Assembly: GCA_902623255.1 (NCBI GenBank)
Contig: CACNSY010000001.1
Coordinates: 17,463-81,462, forward strand
Length of the DNA: 64,000 nt
Source of the DNA: an uncultured Alphaproteobacteria bacterium
GTDB taxonomy: Bacteria; Pseudomonadota; Alphaproteobacteria; HIMB59; GCA-002718135
Direction: 5' to 3'
This document shows, piece by piece, positions 37,871-47,056 of this stretch (the first letter of the stretch is position 1; each line of letters opens with the position of its first letter). Below the pieces are notes generated by a model, which saw only the letters and a program-made list of their open reading frames with translations, did not search any database and was not told the origin of the DNA. Both the position numbers and the translations under genes were made by a program.

Positions 37871-38321
37871 TTTTATCTATATATTTTTGAATTATGGCAT
37901 TAATTAATTTAGTTTCTTTTTCAGAAACAAGACTTTTACTTATATTCAAATAGTCGTTAAGGACAATTTTAAATTTATTTTTTTCAGTAATTTTTAATTC
38001 AGTAATAATAGCAAACATTATTGATTTTAAAATACTATCCCATTTTTCAAATTTTCGATTAATTTCAATAAAGTCATTCAAATCATCAATTATGTTTTTT
38101 TTATCAATATTGTTTTTAAGACTGGAAAAAAGTTTATTTAAAAAATTTTTATTAAACTTGAGTCTAAATTCTTTTTTCTCATCAATTATAGCAATATTAG
38201 TATTATAAAAATGCTTTTGAAAGTCTTCGATACCAACTGAAGAATCTTCATTTAAGAATTCATTCTGAAAAATATATTGAACAAATGCAAGTCTTGTTTG
38301 TGACTTGGTATAATTTTGCAT
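37851..38321 (-). CDS. nusB: transcription antitermination factor NusB
   Basis: 156 aa. N-terminal SQTRLAFVQYIFQ and the ribH-nusB synteny. Confidence 0.85.
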   Translation of the reverse strand: MQNYTKSQTRLAFVQYIFQNEFLNEDSSVGIEDFQKHFYNTNIAIIDEKKEFRLKFNKNFLNKLFSSLKNNIDKKNIIDDLNDFIEINRKFEKWDSILKSIMFAIITELKITEKNKFKIVLNDYLNISKSLVSEKETKLINAIIQKYIDKNEIIKT

Positions 38322-38323
38322 TT

Positions 38324-38725
38324 TTATTTTAATAATTGTATGCAGGCTAAAGCAGCTTCTTGACCTTTATTTTTTTGATTAATGTCACTTCTGATTTTTG
38401 CTTGCTCTAAATCGTAACAAGTTAAGACACCAAATCCAATTGGTATATTAAAATTAACAGATAGATCCATAATTTTTCTAGTAGTTTCATTAGCAATAAC
38501 TTCAAAATGATATGTATCACCTTTAATAATACATCCTAGGGAAATAAATCCATTAAAATTATCAATATTTTTTTTAATTAAATAGGGAATTTCAAAACAA
38601 CCCGGCGCATTAATAACTTCATATTCAAAACCATTTTCTTTAAGGGTATTGATTGCCCCCAACTCAAGATTTTTCGATATTTCTTTATAATAATTTGCTG
38701 AAACTATTAGAATTTTATTATTCAT
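38324..38725 (-). CDS. ribH: 6,7-dimethyl-8-ribityllumazine synthase
   Basis: 133 aa. APGCFEIP and GCIIKGDTYHFE motifs. Confidence 0.9.
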   Translation of the reverse strand: MNNKILIVSANYYKEISKNLELGAINTLKENGFEYEVINAPGCFEIPYLIKKNIDNFNGFISLGCIIKGDTYHFEVIANETTRKIMDLSVNFNIPIGFGVLTCYDLEQAKIRSDINQKNKGQEAALACIQLLK

Positions 38726-39825
38726 ATTTTTCTCTGATCGACTATTTCAATATTAAATCCATCCAAGGCAATAATTCTTTTCTTAGTGTTTGTTAATAAT
38801 ATAATTTTATTTATTTGTATTAATGATAAAATCTGAGCGCCCACACCATATTCTCTTAGCTCTAATTTATTTTTTGATCTTTTTCTTTTATTGAACATTT
38901 TAAGTACATTTGGTGACATATCACTATTTATTAAAACTATAGCTCCTGATCCATTCTTCTCTATAAGTTGAAAGGCAGACTTGATTTCACTTCCAAAAAT
39001 ATTTTTTTCTTCAAATATATCCTTTGTGACATCCAATCTGTGCATTCTAACAAGCACAGGTTCATTTACATCACTTAGATTTTTTACTAGAGCATAATGC
39101 TTTTCACCAGAAATAGAATTTTGAAATACTTTTAAAGTAAATTGCGACCCCATCTCACTTTCAAATGGTCTTTCGGCTATCTGTTCGACAATTTTAGTTT
39201 TTTTAAGTCTAAATTTAATTAAGTCACTAACAGTTCCTACTTTTAAATTATGTAATTTTGCAAACTTAATGATTTCTGGTAACCTCGCCATAGAGCCATC
39301 TTCGCTCATTATTTCACAAATAACACCAGAAGGATTTAGATCTGCTAGTTTTGAAATATCAACTGCTGCTTCTGTATGACCAGCACGTACTAATACTCCA
39401 CCATCCCAAGCCATAAGAGGAAAAACGTGCCCAGGATAAACAAGATCATTTTTGTTTCTATTATTATTTACAGCTACTGATATTGTATGAGCTCTATCAG
39501 CTGCAGATATTCCAGTAGTCACTCCTTCTTTTGCCTCAATAGAAACAGTAAATGCAGTTAAATCATTTTTTATGTTATTTGGATTCATTAAAGGAAGTTC
39601 CAATTCTTCTATTCTTTCCTTAGTTAAAGCTAAACAAATTAATCCTCTTCCGTGTTTTGCCATAAAATTAATTGCTTGCGGGTTAGCATATTGAGCGGGA
39701 ATGATTAAATCACCTTCATTTTCTCTATCAGGATCATCAACAAGAATATACATTTTTCCATTTCTTGCATCTTCAATAATATCTTCAATAGAAGATAGAT
39801 ATTCTTGAATATTATCTTTATTCAT
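38722..39825 (-). CDS. ribBA: bifunctional 3,4-dihydroxy-2-butanone-4-phosphate synthase / GTP cyclohydrolase II-like protein
   Basis: Track ORF starts at 39876. I trimmed it to ATG 39825 (MNKDNIQEYLSSIEDIIEDARNGKMYILVDDPDRENEGDLI), which matches RibB N-termini and cuts the overlap with ribE to 8 nt. Confidence 0.9.
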   Translation of the reverse strand: MNKDNIQEYLSSIEDIIEDARNGKMYILVDDPDRENEGDLIIPAQYANPQAINFMAKHGRGLICLALTKERIEELELPLMNPNNIKNDLTAFTVSIEAKEGVTTGISAADRAHTISVAVNNNRNKNDLVYPGHVFPLMAWDGGVLVRAGHTEAAVDISKLADLNPSGVICEIMSEDGSMARLPEIIKFAKLHNLKVGTVSDLIKFRLKKTKIVEQIAERPFESEMGSQFTLKVFQNSISGEKHYALVKNLSDVNEPVLVRMHRLDVTKDIFEEKNIFGSEIKSAFQLIEKNGSGAIVLINSDMSPNVLKMFNKRKRSKNKLELREYGVGAQILSLIQINKIILLTNTKKRIIALDGFNIEIVDQRKI

Positions 39826-40408
39826 TGTTAAGAATAAAACGTGCAAGATAATCAAATTCAATATTAACTTGATCACTTTTATTTAAATATTTTAAATTTG
39901 TATGATTAAATGTATGGTCTATTACAGAAATCATAAATGTATTATTTTCTACTATAGCTACTGTTAAAGAAATACCATTTATTGAAATAGATCCCTTTTC
40001 TACAATAAACCTATTATTTTTATTAAATTTTTTTTCAAAATAATATTCCCAACTATTCTCAAGTTCTAAAATTTCACTGACAATAGTTGTGGTGTCAACA
40101 TGTCCATAAACAAAGTGACCACTGATTTCATCACCTATCTGAAGTGATTTTTCTAAATTAATTTTTTCATTTTTTAAAATAGAATTAGCTAGATTTGTTC
40201 TTTGCAAGGTTTCTTCTCCTATGTTCACATCAAAGCTAAATGAATTGTTGTTTGATCGAGTTATATTTTTTGCTGTAAGACAAACTCCATTACAAGAAAT
40301 TGAAGAACCTTCCTTACAATTACTCAAATCAAGATTTGTAGATATTTGGTAAAGTCCCACATCTTTGTTCTTTATTGTTCCTAAATCTTGAATAATACCT
40401 GTAAACAT
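39818..40408 (-). CDS. ribE: riboflavin synthase (alpha chain)
   Basis: 196 aa. Start MFTGIIQDLG and duplicated lumazine-binding repeats (NGVCLT / NGISLT). Confidence 0.92.
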   Translation of the reverse strand: MFTGIIQDLGTIKNKDVGLYQISTNLDLSNCKEGSSISCNGVCLTAKNITRSNNNSFSFDVNIGEETLQRTNLANSILKNEKINLEKSLQIGDEISGHFVYGHVDTTTIVSEILELENSWEYYFEKKFNKNNRFIVEKGSISINGISLTVAIVENNTFMISVIDHTFNHTNLKYLNKSDQVNIEFDYLARFILNNE

Positions 40409-41490
40409 TAATTTACCTGATAGTTTGTATATATGTCATCTTTAAATTTTTTTCTTTCATTTAAAGATAAATTTAATTGACTAATTTTTTTTCCAACAAT
40501 TGCTGGTTTTCCATGTTTTCCTATAATAATTTTGGATTTAAATAAATGAATTTCATCTACTAAATTATTATTTAACAATTCTGTAAAAAAAATACCCCCT
40601 GCTTCAACTAATAAATCTGATATTTTTAATGAGTATATTTTACTAAAAATATTTTTTAGATTTAGTTTTTTATTTTTATTTAATTTACAAAAAATAATTT
40701 CACATCCAAATTTAATTAAATTTTCAGATTTTTTATTTTTTTTAGAAGTAAAGATAATAATTCTTTTTTTAGATATATCTTTTAATATTTTTGATTTTAT
40801 TGGTATTTTTAGATTCTTATCAATTATTATAATTGGAATATGTTGTTCTAAAGTTTTTTTTAATCTTATAGTTAATCTTGGATCATCTTTTATTACAGTT
40901 TTTGAAGTAGTTAAAATAGCTTGACTCATTGATCTTAACTTATGCGCATATTCTCTACTTGATTTATTAGATATCCATTTACTTTTATAATTATGCCATG
41001 CAATTTTTTCATCTGTAGAAGTTGCAATTTTGACTTTTGTAAAAGGTTTTTTCTTTAAAACACTTTTAAAAAAAAATTTATTTAAATTATATGTTCTATT
41101 TTTTTCTAAACCTACATTTACAGTTACATTATTTTTTTTTAACTTTTTAATACTTTTATAATTAGTTCTAACATCTGGATCAGCCGCAGATATAAATATT
41201 TCTTTAATTCCTGATCTTAATATTTGATCTGTGCATGATCCATCTTTTGAACTATGAAAACATGGTTCTAAAGTGACATACATTGAAGCTCCTTTAGCTT
41301 TATGACCAGCTTTAGCTAGAGCTATTTCTTCGGCATGAGGCCTACCAGATTTATTTGTTACAGCTTTAGAAATTATTTTTGAATTTTTTGCAATTACACA
41401 ACCCACTGTAGGATTGGGGAAAGTTTTTCCAAATTTTTTTTTAGCAATATCATGCGCTAAATTAATCATCTTTACATTTTGTTGAGACAC
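40408..41490 (-). CDS. ribD: bifunctional diaminohydroxyphosphoribosylaminopyrimidine deaminase / 5-amino-6-(5-phosphoribosylamino)uracil reductase
   Basis: 360 aa. Deaminase zinc motifs (HAEEIAL, LEPCFH) plus a C-terminal reductase domain. Confidence 0.92.
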   Translation of the reverse strand: MSQQNVKMINLAHDIAKKKFGKTFPNPTVGCVIAKNSKIISKAVTNKSGRPHAEEIALAKAGHKAKGASMYVTLEPCFHSSKDGSCTDQILRSGIKEIFISAADPDVRTNYKSIKKLKKNNVTVNVGLEKNRTYNLNKFFFKSVLKKKPFTKVKIATSTDEKIAWHNYKSKWISNKSSREYAHKLRSMSQAILTTSKTVIKDDPRLTIRLKKTLEQHIPIIIIDKNLKIPIKSKILKDISKKRIIIFTSKKNKKSENLIKFGCEIIFCKLNKNKKLNLKNIFSKIYSLKISDLLVEAGGIFFTELLNNNLVDEIHLFKSKIIIGKHGKPAIVGKKISQLNLSLNERKKFKDDIYTNYQVN

Positions 41491-41496
41491 TAAAAA

Positions 41497-41949
41497 TTAT
41501 TTATCTTCTAAATTACCTAAGAAATCTTCAAAATCTTTTGCTTCTCTAAAATTTTTATAAACAGATGCAAATCTGACGTATGCTACCTGATCTAAATGCA
41601 TTAAAGCTTCCATAATGTACTGACCGATAATATTAGATTTTATATCAGTTTCACCTGAGTTTTCTAATTTTCTTACAATAGCATTTACAATTTTTTCAAT
41701 TTTTTCATTATCAACATTTCTTTTTCTTAAAGCTAAAGAAAGAGATCTATACATTTTATCTCTATCAAAATTTTCTTTTTGACCGTTACTTTTCATAACG
41801 ACCAAATCTCTTAGCTGAATTCTCTCAAAAGTTGTAAATCTAGAGCCGCAAGCATCACACACTCTTCTTCTTCTTATAGCTGTATTATCTTCTGTAGGTC
41901 TTGAGTCTTTTACTTGTGTATCTTCATTACTACAGAAGGGGCATCTCAT
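41497..41949 (-). CDS. nrdR: transcriptional repressor NrdR
   Basis: 150 aa. Zinc ribbon MRCPFC...[12 protein letters not shown] followed by an ATP-cone. Confidence 0.95.
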   Translation of the reverse strand: MRCPFCSNEDTQVKDSRPTEDNTAIRRRRVCDACGSRFTTFERIQLRDLVVMKSNGQKENFDRDKMYRSLSLALRKRNVDNEKIEKIVNAIVRKLENSGETDIKSNIIGQYIMEALMHLDQVAYVRFASVYKNFREAKDFEDFLGNLEDK

Positions 41950-43239
41950 TTAAAATGCCTCAGTATAAATTGGATATTTTTTGCAAAGTTCAATTACATC
42001 TTTTCTTGTTTTATTAAAAACTACACTTCTTTCATTTTCTTCAAGTAAAAGACTGTCCAAAATATCAGCAATCATATTTCCAACCTGTTCAAAGTCTTTC
42101 TGATTAAAACCTCTGGTCGTAGCAGCGGCAGTTCCAAATCTAAGTCCACTAGTTATTTTTGGTGGATTAGGGTCATATGGAATTGCATTTTTATTACATG
42201 CCAATCCAACTTCTTCTAAAATTTTTTCAGCTTTATCGCCAGTTAAACCTTTTGGTGTCAAGTCTAACCAAACTATATGTGAATCTGTGCCTCCTGTAAC
42301 AATTCTAAATCCTCTATCAACTAAAGTTTTTGCCATAACTTTAGCACTAGCAATTACATTTTTAATATATTCTTCAAATTCAGGTTTAAGTGCTTCACCA
42401 AAGCAAACGGCTCTAGCCGCAATTACATGCATTAATGGACCGCCTTGTAATCCAGGGAATACAGCAGAATTAATTTTTTTATATAAATCTTCATGATTAG
42501 TTAAAATCATTGCACTTCTTGCACCTCTTAAAGTTTTGTGAGTTGTTGAAGTTACTACATGTGCATGCTCAATCGGATTTGGATATTGTTTACCAGCCAC
42601 CAAACCGGAATAGTGAGCCATATCAACTAAAAAATATGCTCCTACTTTATCAGCTATTTCTCTAAATTTTTTCCAATCTATTGTTCTAGGATAAGCGGAA
42701 GCTCCCGCTATTATCATTTTTGGTTTATGCTCTAAAGCTAAAGCTTCAACTTCATCATAATCAATTAAATCTTTATCATTACCATCTTTTTTTACACCGT
42801 ATTGAACAGCATTAAACCATTTACCAGATAGATTAGGTTTTGCTCCATGAGTTAGGTGACCACCTGATGCAAGAGACATACCTAAAATAGTATCATGTGG
42901 TTGAAGTAAAGCTAGAAAAACTGCTTGGTTTGCCTGTGCTCCACTATGCGGTTGTAGATTTGCAAATTTACAATTAAAAAGTTTTTTAACTCTTTCTAAT
43001 GCAATCTCTTCGGCTTGATCTACGAATTCACATCCTCCATAATATCGTTTACCAGGATACCCTTCTGCATATTTATTGGTCATAACAGAACCTTGAGCAT
43101 TTAAAATTGATCTTGAAGCAATATTTTCAGATGCTATCAACTCTATTTGGTTTTGTTGTCTTTCTAATTCACGGCTTAGTGTTCCATAAACCTCTGGGTC
43201 TGCTTCTTTAATTCCTTTAGTAAACAAATCTGAAATCAT
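41950..43239 (-). CDS. glyA: serine hydroxymethyltransferase
   Basis: 429 aa. [22 protein letters not shown], and the PLP lysine in [10 protein letters not shown]. Confidence 0.96.
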   Translation of the reverse strand: MISDLFTKGIKEADPEVYGTLSRELERQQNQIELIASENIASRSILNAQGSVMTNKYAEGYPGKRYYGGCEFVDQAEEIALERVKKLFNCKFANLQPHSGAQANQAVFLALLQPHDTILGMSLASGGHLTHGAKPNLSGKWFNAVQYGVKKDGNDKDLIDYDEVEALALEHKPKMIIAGASAYPRTIDWKKFREIADKVGAYFLVDMAHYSGLVAGKQYPNPIEHAHVVTSTTHKTLRGARSAMILTNHEDLYKKINSAVFPGLQGGPLMHVIAARAVCFGEALKPEFEEYIKNVIASAKVMAKTLVDRGFRIVTGGTDSHIVWLDLTPKGLTGDKAEKILEEVGLACNKNAIPYDPNPPKITSGLRFGTAAATTRGFNQKDFEQVGNMIADILDSLLLEENERSVVFNKTRKDVIELCKKYPIYTEAF

Positions 43240-43655
43240 AATTTTTTAATCCTTCTTTTATGTCGTCCTGACTCAAACTTTGTAGAAAGAAAAGCCTGAA
43301 CACTTTTTTTTGCCTCGCTAGTATTTATAAATCTACCTGGTAAAACAAGTACATTAGCATCATTGTGCTTTCTTATCAATCTTGCTATTTTTGAATTATT
43401 AGCAAGACCAGCCCTAATTCCTTTTTTTCTATTAGCTGCAATACTCATACCAACACCAGTTCCACAGATTAGAATACCAACGTTTTTCTTATTCTTAAGA
43501 ACCTCTTTAGTTAATTTGTGTGCAAAATCAGGATAATCAACACTCTCATCTGTCTTTGTTCCTAAATCATTAATTTTTGGAAAATTCTTTAACAATTTAG
43601 TTTTGAGGTCAAATCCAGCATGGTCTGAGGCAATGTATATATTCTTATTTTGCAT
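43236..43655 (-). CDS. rpiB: ribose 5-phosphate isomerase B
   Basis: 139 aa. [11 protein letters not shown] and [16 protein letters not shown] motifs. Confidence 0.93.
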   Translation of the reverse strand: MQNKNIYIASDHAGFDLKTKLLKNFPKINDLGTKTDESVDYPDFAHKLTKEVLKNKKNVGILICGTGVGMSIAANRKKGIRAGLANNSKIARLIRKHNDANVLVLPGRFINTSEAKKSVQAFLSTKFESGRHKRRIKKL

Positions 43656-43706
43656 AATAATTTTTGTGGTTATTTACATCAAAATGATGATATTGCCTAA
43701 TATTGT

Positions 43707-44882
43707 ATGAAAGAAAATAATTGGTTTGATCCATTTTATATTCAAAGTCATTTAAATGAAGAAGAAAGTAATATTCAGAAAAATGTAAGAGATTTTTGTA
43801 ATAATGAACTTAAACCTACAGTAGTTGAAAGAAACAGAAAAAATGAATTTGATCAAAGCCTCTATCCAAAATTTGGATCACTTGGAGTTTTAGGACAAAC
43901 AGTTAAAACACATGGTGGGTCTGGTACATCAAATTTAGCGTATGGAATTGTAGCATATGAATTTGAAAAAATAGATAGCAGCTATAGATCTTCAATATCT
44001 GTTCAATCTTCTCTTGTGATACATCCAATTAATGAATTTGGATCTCAGGAACAAAAAGATAAATACCTTCCTTCATTAATAAAAGGAGAAAAAATTGGTT
44101 GCTTTGGTTTGACAGAAAGCGAAGCTGGCTCTGATCCTACTTCAATGAAAACTTCATTTAAAAAAACTAAAGATGGATATATTATAAATGGATCTAAAAA
44201 CTGGATTACGAATGCTCCAATTGCTGACATATTTATTATTTGGGCTATTGAAGAAAACAAAGATCATAAAAGTATAAAAGGTTTTATAATTGAAAAAAAT
44301 ACTGAAGGATTAAATACTTCAACAATAGAAAATAAGACAAGCTTAAAAATTAGTCCAACTGGTCAAATAATTTTAAATAATGTTTTTGTTCCAAATAATT
44401 CGTGTTTGGAAAATACCGAAGGATGGAAATCAGTTTTTAGTTGTCTCAATAAAGCAAGATTTGGAATTAGCTGGGGTGTATTAGGTTCAGCATCCGAATG
44501 TTGGTTGATTGCAAAAGACTACGTAGAAAATAGAATTATGTTTAAAAAAACTTTAGCATCAAATCAATTAATTCAAAAAAAATTATCTGAGATGCAAATA
44601 GAAATAAATCTAGGACTAGCATCATGTCTTTTAAGCTCTAAAGCTCTAGATGAAGGAAAAGAAATCATTAATGCAATTAGTATTTTAAAAAAAAATAACT
44701 GTAAAAAATCTCTAGATATAATTAGAAATGCCCGTGATATGCTTGGTGCAAATGGCCTATTAGAAGAATATCATATCATGAGACATTTGGTTAATTTAGA
44801 AACTGTTAAAACTTACGAAGGTGCGGAGGATATTCATTCACTTATTTTAGGCAAAAATCAGACAGGAATTTCTAGTTTTTAA
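43707..44882 (+). CDS. gcdH: glutaryl-CoA dehydrogenase (acyl-CoA dehydrogenase family)
   Basis: 391 aa. ACAD motifs (GCFGLTESEAGSDP, YEGAEDIH) and a GcdH-like N-terminus (DPFYIQSHLNEEE). Confidence 0.85.
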   Translation: MKENNWFDPFYIQSHLNEEESNIQKNVRDFCNNELKPTVVERNRKNEFDQSLYPKFGSLGVLGQTVKTHGGSGTSNLAYGIVAYEFEKIDSSYRSSISVQSSLVIHPINEFGSQEQKDKYLPSLIKGEKIGCFGLTESEAGSDPTSMKTSFKKTKDGYIINGSKNWITNAPIADIFIIWAIEENKDHKSIKGFIIEKNTEGLNTSTIENKTSLKISPTGQIILNNVFVPNNSCLENTEGWKSVFSCLNKARFGISWGVLGSASECWLIAKDYVENRIMFKKTLASNQLIQKKLSEMQIEINLGLASCLLSSKALDEGKEIINAISILKKNNCKKSLDIIRNARDMLGANGLLEEYHIMRHLVNLETVKTYEGAEDIHSLILGKNQTGISSF

Positions 44883-44986
44883 TAATTTTCTTATTATTTA
44901 TATTATTTGAAATTGATAGATTTTCTATTTTTGTATAATTCTATTAATAAATTAATTAATTTATTCATATAATCTCGGGAGGACAT

Positions 44987-46093
44987 ATGAAAAAAAACTT
45001 TAAAAGACGTGACTTCCTTAAAAAGGCAGGAATTGGTGCAGCAGCTGCAACAGCCGTTTCATCTTTCCCAGCTCCAGCTATTGCAGCTGATAGAATAGAA
45101 GTCAACTGCGTTGCTACTTGGGGTAGAGGCTATCCTGGACTAGGTACAGGAGCTGAAGCTGTTTCTCAAAGAATATCAGACTTAAGTGATGGTCGTATTG
45201 TTGTAAATCACTTTGCTGGTGGAGAAAGAGTAGGACCATTAGATGTATTCACAGAAGTTACATCTGGAAATGCTCAAATGTATAATAGTGCTGACTACTA
45301 TTGGATTGGACAACATCCAGGCTGGGGTTTCTTTGCAGCAGTTCCTTTTGGAATGATAGCAACTGAAATCAACGGATGGATACGACATGGTGGCGGACAA
45401 GAACTTTGGGATGAACTTGGTGATGAATTTGGTTTGAAAAACTTTATGGCTGGAAACTCTGGTGTTCAAATGGGTGGATGGTTTAATAAAGAAATTAATT
45501 CTCCAGATGATTTCAAAGGTCTTAAAATGAGAATTCCTGGATTAGGTGGAATGATGATGTCTAAACTTGGCTTATCTGTTGTAGGTGTGCCAGGTGGACA
45601 AATATATGAAAACTTAATCAATGGAACCATCGATGCAACAGAATGGGTAGGGCCATGGAATGATGAAAGATCAAGATTCTATGAAGCCGCAAAATATTAT
45701 TACTGGCCTGGATGTCATGAACCAGGAACATTAATAACACTAGGTTGTAATAAATCTTGGTTAACAAGTTTAAGTAAAACAGATCAAATGATTATTGAGC
45801 ATGCTTCAACAGTTCAAAATGAAAGAATGTTGACTGAATATAATGCAAATAATGGAGCTGCATTGCAGAGACTTGTTAATGATCATGGTGTTGAGCTAAG
45901 AGAATTCAACGAAGATGTTATCGACGCAATGGGTGAAGCAGCAGAACAACTGTATGAAGAACTTGCTGAAGGTAATGAACTAACTGGAAGAATTCTTGCA
46001 AGTTTTAGAAAATCAAGAAGTGAAATAAGTGGTTGGCTAGAAAAAGCTGACTCAGCTTTCTTTACTCAAAGAAATAGAGTACTTGAAGGTTAA
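44987..46093 (+). CDS. dctP: TRAP transporter substrate-binding protein (DctP family, mannitol/chloroaromatic-type) with Tat signal
   Basis: 368 aa. Twin-arginine signal KRRDFLKKAGIGAAAATA...AIA/AD and a GGGAGGA Shine-Dalgarno upstream. DctQ and DctM genes follow. Confidence 0.88.
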   Translation: MKKNFKRRDFLKKAGIGAAAATAVSSFPAPAIAADRIEVNCVATWGRGYPGLGTGAEAVSQRISDLSDGRIVVNHFAGGERVGPLDVFTEVTSGNAQMYNSADYYWIGQHPGWGFFAAVPFGMIATEINGWIRHGGGQELWDELGDEFGLKNFMAGNSGVQMGGWFNKEINSPDDFKGLKMRIPGLGGMMMSKLGLSVVGVPGGQIYENLINGTIDATEWVGPWNDERSRFYEAAKYYYWPGCHEPGTLITLGCNKSWLTSLSKTDQMIIEHASTVQNERMLTEYNANNGAALQRLVNDHGVELREFNEDVIDAMGEAAEQLYEELAEGNELTGRILASFRKSRSEISGWLEKADSAFFTQRNRVLEG

Positions 46094-46103
46094 AATTTAA
46101 ATC

Positions 46104-47054
46104 ATGTGGGGAGTTTACTCCCCACTTTTTTTTATGAATATCTCAAATATTTCTAAATTTTTTTCAATTTGTTTAATCTTAATAGTATTTGCATTTATAG
46201 TTAATAACTATTTAACTTTCGCAGGTGATTGGCCTGGAGCGTTTACAATATATAATTCAGCAAATATATATTCATCGTTTCAATTTTTTCTTTATCTATC
46301 AGCAATTATTTTTCCATTAATATTTATTTATTATAATAAAAAACTGGATAATTTGACTCTTGCCAATAACCTTGAAAGAGTTAATGATTTTATAATTAGA
46401 TTTGGTTTTTGGTCAGTATTAATAATAGGTATAATTGACGCCATAATTTCTTTTCTAATAATTGAAGGTTTCCTTGAACAAATGATTGGAAAAAGTTGGA
46501 ACATAAAATTTTCAAATAATTCTTTTCGAGCCCCATATGTTCATTTTCCCCTATTATTTGTATCATTAATATTTGCATATTACTTCAGAGCTCTCAATTT
46601 CTACTGGTTAGCATTTCTTGTTGTAATAGCAGAATTTCAAATTGTCATTTTAAGATTTGTTTTTTCATATGAACAAACTTTAATGAGCGATCTAGTGAGA
46701 TTTTGGTATGGAAGCTTATTTTTATTTGGAAGTTATTATACTTTGATTAAAGATGGTCATGTAAGAGTTGATGTTTTGTATACTAATTTTAGTGAAAAAA
46801 ATAAAGCGAGAGTAAATCTTTTTGGAAGTTTATTACTGGGCATTCCACTTTGCTTAACTGTATTCTTTCTTGGGATGTACTGTAAACAATGTGTTTTAAA
46901 TCAACCAATAATGAATTTTGAAACATCTCAAAGTACTCAAGGAATGAATATCAAATATTTAATGGCGGGTTTTTTAATAATATTTGCTCTTACAATGCTG
47001 ATACAATTTATAATTTATTCATTAAGAAGTTTAGAAGTAATTAGAAAAAATTAA
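46104..47054 (+). CDS. dctQ: TRAP transporter small permease (DctQ-like, enlarged)
   Basis: 316 aa from ATG 46104, or 306 aa if the real start is ATG 46134 just after the hairpin/U-tract. The DctQ hallmark LIKDGHVRVDVLY sits in the C-terminal half, and there are extra N-terminal TM segments. Confidence 0.8.
   Translation: MWGVYSPLFFMNISNISKFFSICLILIVFAFIVNNYLTFAGDWPGAFTIYNSANIYSSFQFFLYLSAIIFPLIFIYYNKKLDNLTLANNLERVNDFIIRFGFWSVLIIGIIDAIISFLIIEGFLEQMIGKSWNIKFSNNSFRAPYVHFPLLFVSLIFAYYFRALNFYWLAFLVVIAEFQIVILRFVFSYEQTLMSDLVRFWYGSLFLFGSYYTLIKDGHVRVDVLYTNFSEKNKARVNLFGSLLLGIPLCLTVFFLGMYCKQCVLNQPIMNFETSQSTQGMNIKYLMAGFLIIFALTMLIQFIIYSLRSLEVIRKN
46106..46133 (+). terminator. intra-operon hairpin plus U8 (attenuating terminator) between dctP and dctQ
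   Basis: Stem GTGGGGAG (46106-13) / CTCCCCAC (46118-25) with loop TTTA, followed by T8 (46126-33) that ends at an in-frame ATG (46134). Confidence 0.65.
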
Positions 47055-47056
47055 TA

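Noticed and set aside
39826-39876. 17-codon hydrophobic N-terminal extension of ribBA.
   Set aside because: It would overlap ribE by 59 nt. The RibB domain alignment starts at MNKDNIQEYL (ATG 39825).
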